Shown one piece after another: positions 51,639 to 60,360 of a stretch of DNA of 64,000 nucleotides. A model generated the notes under the pieces. It ran no database searches, had not been told where the DNA came from, and worked only from the letters and a program-made list of their open reading frames with translations. The position numbers were made by a program, and so were the translations under genes. The stretch's first letter is position 1, and every line of letters begins with the position of its first letter. The DNA comes from Alphaproteobacteria bacterium (GTDB taxonomy: Bacteria; Pseudomonadota; Alphaproteobacteria; Bin95), in contig OZ219786.1 of NCBI GenBank assembly GCA_964291285.2, positions 544,001 to 608,000 of the forward strand, in the 5' to 3' direction.

Positions 51639-52061
51639 ATGATCGTTTACCGGCTCACCTGCAAGAACGAGCACGAGTTCGAGGTCTGGTTCCGCGACAG
51701 CGCCGCCTGCGACGCGCAGATCGCGGAGGGCAAGGTGATATGCCCGCATTGCGGAGACAGTTCGGCGCGCAAGAGCCTGATGACGCCCAATGTCGCGCCC
51801 AAGGGAACGGACAGCGCCGCCGACAAACTCTCGGCGCGCCGGGCCGTCATGATGCGGGAGCTCCGGGAACTGCGCCGCAAGGTCGAGGAAAACTGCGACT
51901 ATGTCGGTCCCCGCTTTGCGGAGGAAGCGCGCCGCATTCATTACGGCGAGGCCGACAGCCATGCCATCTACGGCGAAACGACGCCCGAGGAGGCCCGGGC
52001 GCTGACCGACGAAGGCATCGAGTTCGGGCGCATCCCCTGGGCGCCCAGGCTGGACAGCTAG
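51639..52061 (+). CDS. DUF1178 family protein
   Basis: L.C...HEFEVWF, CPHCG, YVG.RFAEEARRIHYGE, IYGE. Confidence 0.92.
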   Translation: MIVYRLTCKNEHEFEVWFRDSAACDAQIAEGKVICPHCGDSSARKSLMTPNVAPKGTDSAADKLSARRAVMMRELRELRRKVEENCDYVGPRFAEEARRIHYGEADSHAIYGETTPEEARALTDEGIEFGRIPWAPRLDS

Positions 52062-52082
52062 GGCGGGCGGCCCGCCTTTTCT
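52062..52082 (+). terminator. Short terminator-like hairpin
   Basis: GGCGGG-CGG-CCCGCC then TTTT, between convergent genes. Confidence 0.5.
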
Positions 52083-53420
52083 TCAGCGTCCCCCGACCGT
52101 CATGGCCTCAACCCGCAGGGTCGGCGCGTTCGCCGTGCCGCGGAATACCAGATCGTCGGCGGCGTCGAGGCCGAGCAGCATGTCGCGCAACTCCCCGGCT
52201 ATCGTGATCTCGCTCACCGGCTCGGCGAGCTTTCCGCCCCGAATCGCGAAACCCGCCGCGCCCTGGCTGTAGCGTCCGGCGACGAGATCGACGCCGTGCC
52301 CCATGAGCGCGGTCACGAACAGGCCGTTCTCGATCTCGCCGATCAGCTCTTCCGGCGAGAGGCGGCCCGGCTCGAGGTAGAGATTGGACGATGAGGGGCC
52401 GGGCGCGGACCCGGCGCTGCGGGAAGCGTGGCCGGTCGGCGGAAGGCCCAGCTGGCGGGCGGAGCGCAGGTCCAACAGCCATGAGCGGAGCACGCCGCCC
52501 TCGACCAGCGCACGGCGCCTGCAGGGCAGACCTTCGCCGTCGAACGGGCGCGAGCCGAGTCCCCGCCCGCGCCCCGGATCGTCGATCAGGTTCATGCCGT
52601 CCTTCAGCACCGCCTCGCCCATGGCGTCCTTGAGGAAGCTCGTGCCGCGCGCAACGGCGGCGCCGTTGATGGCGCCGGCAAGCGCGCCGACCAGCCCTCC
52701 GGCCAGGCGCTGCTCGAAGACCACCGGCATCACGGTCGTGTCGGGCTTGACGGGCCCCAGCCGCTTCACCGCGCGCTCGCCCGCGCTCCGGCCCACCGCC
52801 GCCGGCTCCGCAAGGTCCGACGCGTGGACGGCGCGGGACCAGTCATATCCGCTCTCCATCGCCGTGCCCTCGCCCGCCAGAACGGACACGGACAGCCCGC
52901 ATCCCGACCTCCGGTAGCCGCCCGCGAACCCGTTGCTGGAGACGAGCGCGACATGGGCCTCGCTGCGGCTGGCCCCGGCGCCCTCGGAATTGGTGACGCC
53001 CGCGACGTCGAGCGCCGCCGCCTCGGCTTCCAGGGCCTTTCCGACAAGGTCTTCCGAAGCCGGCCGGGCGTCGTCATAGAGGTCGAGTTCCGGCCATTCC
53101 TCCGCAAGGAGCGCCGGCTCCGCCAGCCCGGCATGGGGATCTTCAGGCGCGGCCCGCGCCATGGCGACCGCCCGCTCGACCAGCGCGGACGCCGTTTCCG
53201 CCTGCCGGTCGGCGGTCGCGACAATCGCCTGGCGGCGCCCGACCAGCACCCGCAGCCCGGTCTTGCGCAGCTCGGAGCGCTCCATATGCTCGATCTTGCC
53301 GAGCCGCACCGCCGCATCCAGCGAGCGGCTGTCGATATCGACGGCATCGGCCTCGTCGGCGCCCCGGGCGCGGGCTTCGCGCACAAGGTCGCCCAGGAAG
53401 TTCAGGACATCGTTTGCCAT
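52083..53420 (-). CDS. pmbA: TldD/PmbA family protein, PmbA/TldE type
   Basis: RGTSFL, SRPFDGEG, TGHA, SNLYL, VSEITIAG; no HExxH seen. Confidence 0.88.
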   Translation of the reverse strand: MANDVLNFLGDLVREARARGADEADAVDIDSRSLDAAVRLGKIEHMERSELRKTGLRVLVGRRQAIVATADRQAETASALVERAVAMARAAPEDPHAGLAEPALLAEEWPELDLYDDARPASEDLVGKALEAEAAALDVAGVTNSEGAGASRSEAHVALVSSNGFAGGYRRSGCGLSVSVLAGEGTAMESGYDWSRAVHASDLAEPAAVGRSAGERAVKRLGPVKPDTTVMPVVFEQRLAGGLVGALAGAINGAAVARGTSFLKDAMGEAVLKDGMNLIDDPGRGRGLGSRPFDGEGLPCRRRALVEGGVLRSWLLDLRSARQLGLPPTGHASRSAGSAPGPSSSNLYLEPGRLSPEELIGEIENGLFVTALMGHGVDLVAGRYSQGAAGFAIRGGKLAEPVSEITIAGELRDMLLGLDAADDLVFRGTANAPTLRVEAMTVGGR

Positions 53421-53507
53421 GGCGGTCCGAACATAGCCCACGGTGCGGCTCCCGTCTCGCCGCCGACATGTCCCGCACGGCGCGGGCGCGGCATATCGCA
53501 ACGCAAC

Positions 53508-53539
53508 AAAAAAGGGCCGCCCCCTTTCGGGAGCGGCCC
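53508..53539 (-). terminator. Intrinsic terminator of the phasin gene
   Basis: Minus strand GGGCCGCTCCC-GAAA-GGGGGCGGCCC-TTTTTT. Confidence 0.85.
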
Positions 53540-53564
53540 GGCGCGAAGGGGAGGAACTACGCGC

Positions 53565-54020
53565 CTATGATTTCGCGGGCGCGGCCTTCTCCGCGGGCTT
53601 CGCCGGCGGGACGACCATCGCGGCCGTCTCGTCCATGGCCTCGCGAACGCGCTTGTCGATCAGGCCGAACACCTCGCGGCCGGTTTTGGCCGACATGTCC
53701 GCAAGTTCGCCGGCGCCCGCAACCGCCGATTCCCAGGCGCCTCTGGCGAATGCCGCGCTGCGCTCCGCCTTGTCCTCGAAGCTCGCATCGCCGAAGAACA
53801 GGTTCATGTTGGCGGCGGAGGCCTCGACCGCCTCGCGCGCCAGCTCGCCCTGCCGGCGCATGAAGGCGCCTGCGCCCTCGAACGCCGTCTGGCCGGCGGC
53901 AGTCATGGCCTCGACATTCTTGCGGTGCAGCGCCATGGCGCCCTCGGCGTCGAAGGCCGGGATCCTGAAATCGGCCATGAACCGGGCCGGATCGAAGTCG
54001 GCGAAAGGCATCTTGTACAT
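53565..54020 (-). CDS. phaP: Phasin (PHA granule protein)
   Basis: HRKNVEAMTAA.Q.A.EG.....RRQ.E, F.LI.KRV.E; upstream PhaR-type sites. Confidence 0.8.
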   Translation of the reverse strand: MYKMPFADFDPARFMADFRIPAFDAEGAMALHRKNVEAMTAAGQTAFEGAGAFMRRQGELAREAVEASAANMNLFFGDASFEDKAERSAAFARGAWESAVAGAGELADMSAKTGREVFGLIDKRVREAMDETAAMVVPPAKPAEKAAPAKS

Positions 54021-54091
54021 CGGTCTCGTGGTCTCCGTTCCAGTCTCGCGAGCCGCCTGCCGTAGAGGCGTGCGACTGTTGTCTCGCAACG

Positions 54092-54145
54092 CAATATGAT
54101 TATGCTGCGATGCAGCGTCAAGTCTTTTTTTGTGCGCCGCACAAA
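54092..54145 (-). promoter_or_regulatory. Phasin promoter with PhaR-type operators
   Basis: Minus strand TTGACG-N17-CATATT; palindromes GCTGC-GAT-GCAGC in the spacer and TTTGTGCG-C-CGCACAAA upstream. Confidence 0.65.
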
Positions 54146-54149
54146 TTTT

Positions 54150-54707
54150 TTAGCAGCGCCGCCCTTCCAGCATGGGCGCCCAGCGCTTCAGGGCCTTGTC
54201 GAGGCTGGCCATGGTGCGGCCGAGATCCTCGCTGTCGTCCTGCAGCCAGACCCGCATGACGGACAGGTGGATGCCGGCCAGCAGCTTTACCCTCAGGAGA
54301 TCGAAGGGCCTCCGCGCCGGCGCGCCGGCGGCTTCCAGCATCCAGGCCATGGACCGGGCGAGCGCCGGCGCCAGCGGCGCGCCGGACAACGGGTCGCGCC
54401 GAAGATCGCGCCAGTACGCTTCGATAACCGCCCGATGCGGCTTGAGCGCGTCATAACGGCGCATCAACAGGTCGAAGAGCCGGTCGCGGAACGATTCGTC
54501 CTCGGCCCCGGCATCGGTTTCCGACAACACCGCCGCGTCGATGCGCGCGACCGCCGCTCTCATGACCGCACCCTTCGACGGGAAGTGGCGATAGACGTCC
54601 GCGAGCCCGCATCCGGCATGCGCGGCAATATCGGAGAGCGTCGCGTGGCGCCAGCCGCGTTCGGCGGCCACCGCGAGCGCCGCGTCGAGAATGGTATCGG
54701 CATCCAT
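54150..54707 (-). CDS. TetR-family regulator
   Basis: ILDAAL...GW...LSDIA...HFPSK HTH; RDRLFDLLMRR, TMASLDKAL. Confidence 0.88.
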   Translation of the reverse strand: MDADTILDAALAVAAERGWRHATLSDIAAHAGCGLADVYRHFPSKGAVMRAAVARIDAAVLSETDAGAEDESFRDRLFDLLMRRYDALKPHRAVIEAYWRDLRRDPLSGAPLAPALARSMAWMLEAAGAPARRPFDLLRVKLLAGIHLSVMRVWLQDDSEDLGRTMASLDKALKRWAPMLEGRRC

Positions 54708-54768
54708 GACATATCCTCCTTCAGGCCCCAATATGGGGCGCAGCAGCGGCCAAGGGGAGGGCGGGGCC

Positions 54769-55164
54769 ATGAGTTTTCATATCCGTCATCTGGACCATGT
54801 CGTGCTCCGGGTCCGCGACATGGACGCGGCAATAGCCTTCTACACCGGCGTGCTCGGCTGCCGGGAGGAGCGGCGGCTGGAGGAAATCGGCCTCGTGCAA
54901 CTGCGCGCCGGCGCCAGCCTGATCGACCTCGTGCCGGGCGAGCCGGACGCCTCCGGCGCCAATATGGACCACTTCGCGGTCCGTATTGCGCCCTTCGAGG
55001 AAGCAAGCCTCCGCGCCTGGCTGGCGGAGCACGGCATCGAGACGGAAGCGGCGCTCCCGCGCTACGGCGCCGAAGGCACCGGCCCGTCGATCTATATCCG
55101 CGACCCGGACGGCAACACCGTCGAGCTGAAGGGGCCGCCCACGGGCCTGGGCACTGCTGCATAG
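54769..55164 (+). CDS. VOC/glyoxalase family protein
   Basis: LDHVVLRV.D, FYTGVLG, RYGAEG.G.S.Y.RDPDGN.VEL. Confidence 0.9.
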   Translation: MSFHIRHLDHVVLRVRDMDAAIAFYTGVLGCREERRLEEIGLVQLRAGASLIDLVPGEPDASGANMDHFAVRIAPFEEASLRAWLAEHGIETEAALPRYGAEGTGPSIYIRDPDGNTVELKGPPTGLGTAA

Positions 55165-55231
55165 GGCCCCTGCCCCTGTCTCGACCCGGCCCCGCCGCGC
55201 TCCGCGCCCCGCCTGCCCCCGCGAAGGCGGG

Positions 55232-55968
55232 GGTCGCCCCGGCCCTGAGCCCATCCATGGCCCGCCATGCTGCCGCGGCCGGTGGAAAGAGGGTGGAACC
55301 GCCGAGGCTGCCGCGAGAGTCAGGGCCGGGGTGACGGCTGTGCTTCGGAAAGCGCCCCCTTCCGATGTGTCATGGAATGTCATGGAATGTCATGTTTTGC
55401 ATGGTCGGGGGCGAACTCCGTGTCTCCGGGCCCGTCCGGCCGCCGGGGCGCATTGAAGGGTCCGGCCCTCTGGAGCCAGTCGAGGCTGTCCCGGCGGCGC
55501 TGCTCGATGTTCTCCACGATCCAGGGCCGCTCCAGGAGCGCGCACCCTGTCTGCCTTGCGGCGTGTGCGGCATTGCCGGAGGCGGTGTAGTGGCAGCAGA
55601 AGGCCTCCTGGCGGGTGGAGAGGGCGACGGTCGGGTCGAGAAAGGGCATGGCGGCTCCTTCATTCCGTTTCGGTTCGACGGCCATGCCGCCCTGGCATCG
55701 GAGCGACCCTTATTCGCGCGTATCCTGCGCGGGCGCCTGTGCCGGCGCGGGCGGGTGTCGGCGCCGGCGCGGTTCGCGCGCCTGATTGCCCGCGCGCGAG
55801 GCAGGCGCAGGACGCACCTCACCTGTCGGCTGAATCGGGGTCGTTCCGCACCGGGCCGGCGCGGGCGGGAAGCGGCTCCGGATGCCTCTTCCCTCGCACC
55901 CATTATACCACTATTTTCTCAGATGCAAGCCCTGAACAGAGAAATATTGCTTAATTTTTAGGAACAAT
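55232..55968 (-). repeat. Repeated cassette, copy 2 (inverted relative to copy 1)
   Basis: Reverse complement matches 42400-43017; adjacent extra hairpin CCCCCGC-GAAG-GCGGGGG at ~55216-55233. Confidence 0.9.
55380..55649 (-). CDS. Solo terminase-small-subunit-like HTH protein, 89 aa, possibly degenerate
   Basis: LSTRQEAFCCHYTASGNAAHAARQTG..LLERPWIVENI resembles the TerS N-terminal HTH pattern (LT.KQ..F...Y....NAT.AA..AG...LL..P.I); RBS AAGGAG. Confidence 0.6.
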   Translation of the reverse strand: MPFLDPTVALSTRQEAFCCHYTASGNAAHAARQTGCALLERPWIVENIEQRRRDSLDWLQRAGPFNAPRRPDGPGDTEFAPDHAKHDIP

Positions 55969-56043
55969 TCACTATACACGCCGGTTGGACCCAAGCTTCC
56001 CTGCCCGGGGGCCGAGGCGATGGAGGGGGTATCCGGCGTCCGG

Positions 56044-57759
56044 TCACCGCCCCATGGCCCGGCCGGACCGGCGCGGGTCGGCACCGCCGCAGATCAGGCC
56101 GGTCTCGAGATTCGCGCTGATCGCGCAGACGCCGGCAACCAGATCGGAACGGACGCCGTGCCATTCCACATCGTGGCCCCGCCGGGCGAGATCGGCGCCA
56201 ACCTCGGGCGCGATCCCCTCCTCGACGACCAGGCGCCCCGGCTTCGCTTCGTGCGGCTCGAAGGAGTTCGGGTGGCTGTGCGTTGAAAAGCGCGGCGCCT
56301 CGACCGCCGGCTGAATGTCCATGCCGAAGACCAGATGGTTCAACAGCACCTGCAGCATGCCTTGCGGCTGCGCGTCGCCGCCGGGTGCGCCGAACGGTAT
56401 GGCCAGACGGCCCGGCGCCAGCGCGAGAGCCGGGTTCGGCGTCAGGCGCGGCCGCTTGCCGGGCGCAACGGCCGAGGCGTGCCCGGCTACGGCGAAGGAC
56501 TGCGAACCCCGCGATGACGGGCAGAAGCCGAGGCCGGGAATGGCCGGCCCGTCGAAGGAGACGTCGCTCGGCGTGGCCGAAAAGACATTGCCGGCGCTGT
56601 CCACCGCGCAGGCATAGGAGGTGTCGGCCGCGGCAATCGAGGCCGACCGGTCGACGGGAGGAATGAAGCAGAGCCCTCCATATCCCTCGATGTCGCCGGG
56701 CGGCGGCATGCCGGGCCAGGCGCGGGCCGCGTCGATGTCCATCCGGCGCTCGGCGGCATAGTCCTCCGAGAGCAGACGGTCCATGGGCACGTCGATGACG
56801 TCCGGGTCGCCGAAGAACTTCTCGCGGTCGGCGAAGACCAGCTTGATCGCCTCGGCCAGCGTGTGGATGTAGCCGGCCGAGTTGTGCCCGAGGCCGGCGA
56901 GGTCGAACCCTTCCAGAATCCGCAACATCTGCAGCAGGGTCGGTCCCTGGCACCATGGACGGCAGCTATAGACCTGCACATCCCGGAACCCGATGCTGAC
57001 CGGCGCTTCCACGGGCGTGCGGTAGCCGGCAAGGTCGGCAGCGGAGAGCAGGCCGCCGTTCTCTTCGTGATAGGCGGTGATTTTTTTCGCTATGTCACCG
57101 ACATAGAAGGCGTCGCGGGCCGCCCGGAGCCCATCCCGGCGCCCGCCGGAGGCGGCCCCTTCCTCGTCCGCCACGTATTGCAGCGTGGCGGCGAGATCGG
57201 TCTGCACGAGCAGGTCGCCCACCGCCGGCGGCTCGCCGTCCCTCAGCCAGATCGCCGCGTTGCCCGGCCACATCCGGTAGCGGTCCCGGTAGCGTTCGAT
57301 GAATGCCGCCATCACCGGATGGACGGTGAACCCCTCGCGGGCATACCGGATGGCGGGCGCGGCGACTTCGGCAAAGGACATCGTGCCGAACGTCGCCAGC
57401 GCGGTGATCCAGGCATCGGGCGCGGCCGGCACCACGGTTCGCAGAAGCCCGATGGGAATGCCTCCGCCATGGCGGTCGCGAAACAGCTCGAGGCTCGCCG
57501 CCCGCGGCCAGTATCCGAGACCGGCGATGCTGAACACCTCACCGCGCTCGGCGGAATAGACGAGCATCGGGGCCACGCCGGAGAACTGGACCTGGTCGCT
57601 GTGGACCACGCCGAGCGCAATCCCCGCCGCGACGCCGGCATCGACTGCATTGCCGCCGGCCTCCAGCATGGCCGCGCCCGCCTCGGTCGCCAGATAGTGG
57701 CCCGCGACGCACATATGGCGCCGCGCCGTGACCATGGGCTGTTGCGGCAGGACCGGCAT
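56044..57759 (-). CDS. ggt: Gamma-glutamyltransferase family protein
   Basis: GGNAVDA, VPAAPDAW, FADRE, DTSY nucleophile region, PGKRPR, PGGDAQPQ, GADPRR. Confidence 0.9.
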   Translation of the reverse strand: MPVLPQQPMVTARRHMCVAGHYLATEAGAAMLEAGGNAVDAGVAAGIALGVVHSDQVQFSGVAPMLVYSAERGEVFSIAGLGYWPRAASLELFRDRHGGGIPIGLLRTVVPAAPDAWITALATFGTMSFAEVAAPAIRYAREGFTVHPVMAAFIERYRDRYRMWPGNAAIWLRDGEPPAVGDLLVQTDLAATLQYVADEEGAASGGRRDGLRAARDAFYVGDIAKKITAYHEENGGLLSAADLAGYRTPVEAPVSIGFRDVQVYSCRPWCQGPTLLQMLRILEGFDLAGLGHNSAGYIHTLAEAIKLVFADREKFFGDPDVIDVPMDRLLSEDYAAERRMDIDAARAWPGMPPPGDIEGYGGLCFIPPVDRSASIAAADTSYACAVDSAGNVFSATPSDVSFDGPAIPGLGFCPSSRGSQSFAVAGHASAVAPGKRPRLTPNPALALAPGRLAIPFGAPGGDAQPQGMLQVLLNHLVFGMDIQPAVEAPRFSTHSHPNSFEPHEAKPGRLVVEEGIAPEVGADLARRGHDVEWHGVRSDLVAGVCAISANLETGLICGGADPRRSGRAMGR

Positions 57760-57848
57760 GGCAGTCACTCCCTCGCTGGAATTGCCGGCGCATATCGAAG
57801 CGGGAACCCGGCGACTCGCGACAGGGCGCGCGCGCCGGAGCCGGGAGA

Positions 57849-57924
57849 TGGTGCCGCAGGAGAGACTTGAACTCCCGACCCGCGCATTACGAATGCGCTG
57901 CTCTACCGGCTGAGCTACTGCGGC
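57849..57924 (-). tRNA. tRNA-Thr(CGT)
   Basis: GCCGCAGTAGCTCAGCCGGTAGAGCAGCGCATT-CGT-AATGCGCGGGTCGGGAGTTCAAGTCTCTCCTGCGGCACCA; 76 nt cloverleaf with encoded CCA. Confidence 0.97.
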
Positions 57925-57970
57925 ACGGGCGCGCAAGATAGGCAACGCGCCGGGGGCTGGCAAGGCGCTC

Positions 57971-59323
57971 TCAGGGCTCCAGCTTGCGGCGCAGCGCCTC
58001 GACTTCCTCTTCCAGCGCCTTGTCGTCTTCCATCAGCTTTTCGATCTTGCGCACGCCGTAGAGCACCGTCGAATGGTCCCGCCCGAACTTGCGGCCGATG
58101 TCCGGCAGCGAGAGCGAGGTGAGCTGCTTGGCGAGATACATCGCCACCTGGCGCGGCCGCGCGACGGCCCGGGCGCGCCGCGGCGAGTCCATCTCCGCGG
58201 GACGGACATTGTACCGGTCGCAGACGAGCTTCTTGATCGCCTCGACGGTCGGCGTGCGGTCGTTGACCGGCAGCAGGTCCACCAGCACCTTCTCCGCGCG
58301 GTCCACCGATATCTCCCCGCCGAACTGCCGGTAATGCGACTCCAGCCGGTTCATGGCGCCCTGCAGCACGCGCATGTTGGAGGTGATCCGCTCGGCCAGG
58401 AAGACCAGCACCTCCTGCGGGGCCGGCAGCGTCGTTTCGAACGCCTTGCGCTCGAGGAAGGCGAGGCGCAGCGGATAGTCCGTCTCAAGCGGCAGGATCG
58501 GCGCCGACACGCCGGTGCTCAGCCGCGAGCGAATCCGCTCGTCGATCCCCTCCAGGCCGACAGGCGAGGCGTTCCCCGAGATCACCATCAGGCGGCTCCG
58601 GCTCGCGAAGGCGTTGATCGTGTGCAGCAACTCGTCCTGGGTGCCCGAATTGCGGCTCAGAAGATGCACATCGTCGATCATCAGCACATCGAAGGACCGG
58701 ACCCTGCTCTTGAACGCCGCGACGCTCTTGGCATTCACCGCGTCGATGTAGTGCTGGCGGAAATCGTCCGAACTGAAATAGACGACCGGGCGGTCCGGAC
58801 GGTCCCGGCGCAGCCTGAGCGCAAGCGCCTGCATCAGATGGGTCTTGCCGAGGCCGACGCCGCCGAACAGGTAGAGCGGACCGGACGGGCGCACATTGCC
58901 GTCCGCGACGCCGAGGCAGAGGCCGTGAGCAAGCGCGTTCGACTCGCCGGTGATGAAGTTCTCGAAGGTGAGGAAGGACTGGAACGGCGTGGCGAAGTCG
59001 TCGAGGCTGCCATTGCCGGCCGGCGCCGGGCGCTGCGCCGGCGGGGCGGGTGCGCCCTGCAGCAGCGGCTTCACCACGAAGCCGATTTCGGACAGGGCCG
59101 GGTCCGCCTCGAACCAGAGCATGCGGATGCGCTCGCCATAGCTGCCCTGGACCCGGTCGCGCATGAAGCGCGTCGGAAGCTGGATCGCGATGCCCTGCGC
59201 CCCCTTGTCCACCAGGGTCATCGGCTTCAGCCAGCTTTTGAAGATTCCGTCCCCGAATTCGGCCTGGAGCTGGCCGCGGATCCGCATCCATTCGACCTGG
59301 CGGTCGGGTTTCGCGCCCGCCAT
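57971..59323 (-). CDS. dnaA: Chromosomal replication initiator
   Basis: TFENF..G..N, GGVGLGKTHL, LMIDDV, RIRSRL, RPRQVAMYL, SLPDIGRKFGRDHSTV. Confidence 0.95.
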   Translation of the reverse strand: MAGAKPDRQVEWMRIRGQLQAEFGDGIFKSWLKPMTLVDKGAQGIAIQLPTRFMRDRVQGSYGERIRMLWFEADPALSEIGFVVKPLLQGAPAPPAQRPAPAGNGSLDDFATPFQSFLTFENFITGESNALAHGLCLGVADGNVRPSGPLYLFGGVGLGKTHLMQALALRLRRDRPDRPVVYFSSDDFRQHYIDAVNAKSVAAFKSRVRSFDVLMIDDVHLLSRNSGTQDELLHTINAFASRSRLMVISGNASPVGLEGIDERIRSRLSTGVSAPILPLETDYPLRLAFLERKAFETTLPAPQEVLVFLAERITSNMRVLQGAMNRLESHYRQFGGEISVDRAEKVLVDLLPVNDRTPTVEAIKKLVCDRYNVRPAEMDSPRRARAVARPRQVAMYLAKQLTSLSLPDIGRKFGRDHSTVLYGVRKIEKLMEDDKALEEEVEALRRKLEP

Positions 59324-59328
59324 GCCGG

Positions 59329-59739
59329 TTACTCCTGCTTCCAGGGCAGGCCGGCAGCTTTCCAGCCCCAGGCCCAGCCGCGATGGCCTTCACCGTCCCG
59401 GTCGCCTTCGAACCCTTCCGAGACGTTGTAGCAGGGGCCGAGGCCGCGTGCCGTTGCCGCCGTCGCCGCGTGGGCCGAGCGGACGCCGGACCGGCAGATG
59501 AACAACAGCGGCCCGCCCCGCGCGGCCGCCGCCACCTCATCCACGAAATTCGGGTTTATCCCCATTCCCGGCCAGACCTGCCAGGACACCAGCGACGTTT
59601 CGCGCCCGAGCGGCGCCAGATCCGGCAAGCCGACAAACTGCCATTCCGGCAAGGTGCGGACGTCCACGAGGATGGCGTCCCCGGTCGACTCCAGCATGTC
59701 CCAGGCTTCTCGCGGCGACACGTCCCCCGCATAGGTCAT
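59329..59739 (-). CDS. Single-domain rhodanese/sulfurtransferase
   Basis: LVDVRT..EW, ICRSGVRS active-site loop, GFEG, GWK..GLPW. Confidence 0.9.
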   Translation of the reverse strand: MTYAGDVSPREAWDMLESTGDAILVDVRTLPEWQFVGLPDLAPLGRETSLVSWQVWPGMGINPNFVDEVAAAARGGPLLFICRSGVRSAHAATAATARGLGPCYNVSEGFEGDRDGEGHRGWAWGWKAAGLPWKQE

Positions 59740-59973
59740 CGGCGCTGCTCCTCCTCCCGACGCCCCGCCGAACAACCGGCCGACCGGACCCTTGGGGCGG
59801 CAGGAGGCGGCCGCTCCCGACAACCGCTCCCGTGCGCCCCGGTCCGGCCGGAAGGCCGACTTGGTGGGACGGAAAAAAGGCTACCCGCCTCCAGCCCCGC
59901 CGCAAGAGGGCCAAGCAGCGAACCCCGCCCCCGGACTCCCTAAGGCGTTAGCGAGGCGTAACAATTTTGCCAT

Positions 59974-60002
59974 AAAAAAAATCCGCCGCTCGGAAGCGGC
60001 GG
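59974..60002 (-). terminator. Intrinsic terminator after rpsT
   Basis: Minus strand CCGCCGCT-TCCG-AGCGGCGG-ATTTTTTTT. Confidence 0.8.
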
Positions 60003-60028
60003 CGCAAGGTCTCTGTACAGGTCGTATG

Positions 60029-60295
60029 CTAGGCGTGCATGTCTTTGATTTTCTTGGATAAACGCGAAAGCTTCCGCTGCATGGTATTGCGATGAAATTT
60101 TCCCTTCTGAGCGCCCCGCGCCATCTCCGGTTCGGCATTCCTGAGTGCGGCGCGCGCGCCTTCCCTGTCGCCGCCCTCTATGGCGGCCTCGACCTTCTTT
60201 ATGAAGGTCCGCACGCGGCTGGCGCGGGCGCGGTTGCGGTCGGCGCGGCGCAGGTTCTGGCGAACGCGCTTCCTAGCTTGATTCGAATGGGCCAT
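60029..60295 (-). CDS. rpsT: 30S ribosomal protein S20
   Basis: MAHSNQARKRVRQ...NR...SRVRTFIKKV...KG.FHRNT..RK.SRL, 88 aa. Confidence 0.95.
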   Translation of the reverse strand: MAHSNQARKRVRQNLRRADRNRARASRVRTFIKKVEAAIEGGDREGARAALRNAEPEMARGAQKGKFHRNTMQRKLSRLSKKIKDMHA

Positions 60296-60360
60296 GGTGT
60301 CGTCGGGTTTCCGTTCCGGTCGAGTTTGCGCCGGCTTATAGGACCGCCGTCCGGTCCCCG

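Noticed and set aside
57760-57860. Integrative element at the tRNA-Thr 3' end
   Set aside because: No integrase and no duplicated tRNA 3' sequence seen in the window.
59940-59965. CtrA box upstream of rhodanese-dnaA
   Set aside because: TTAG-N7-TAAC does not fit TTAA-N7-TTAA well enough.
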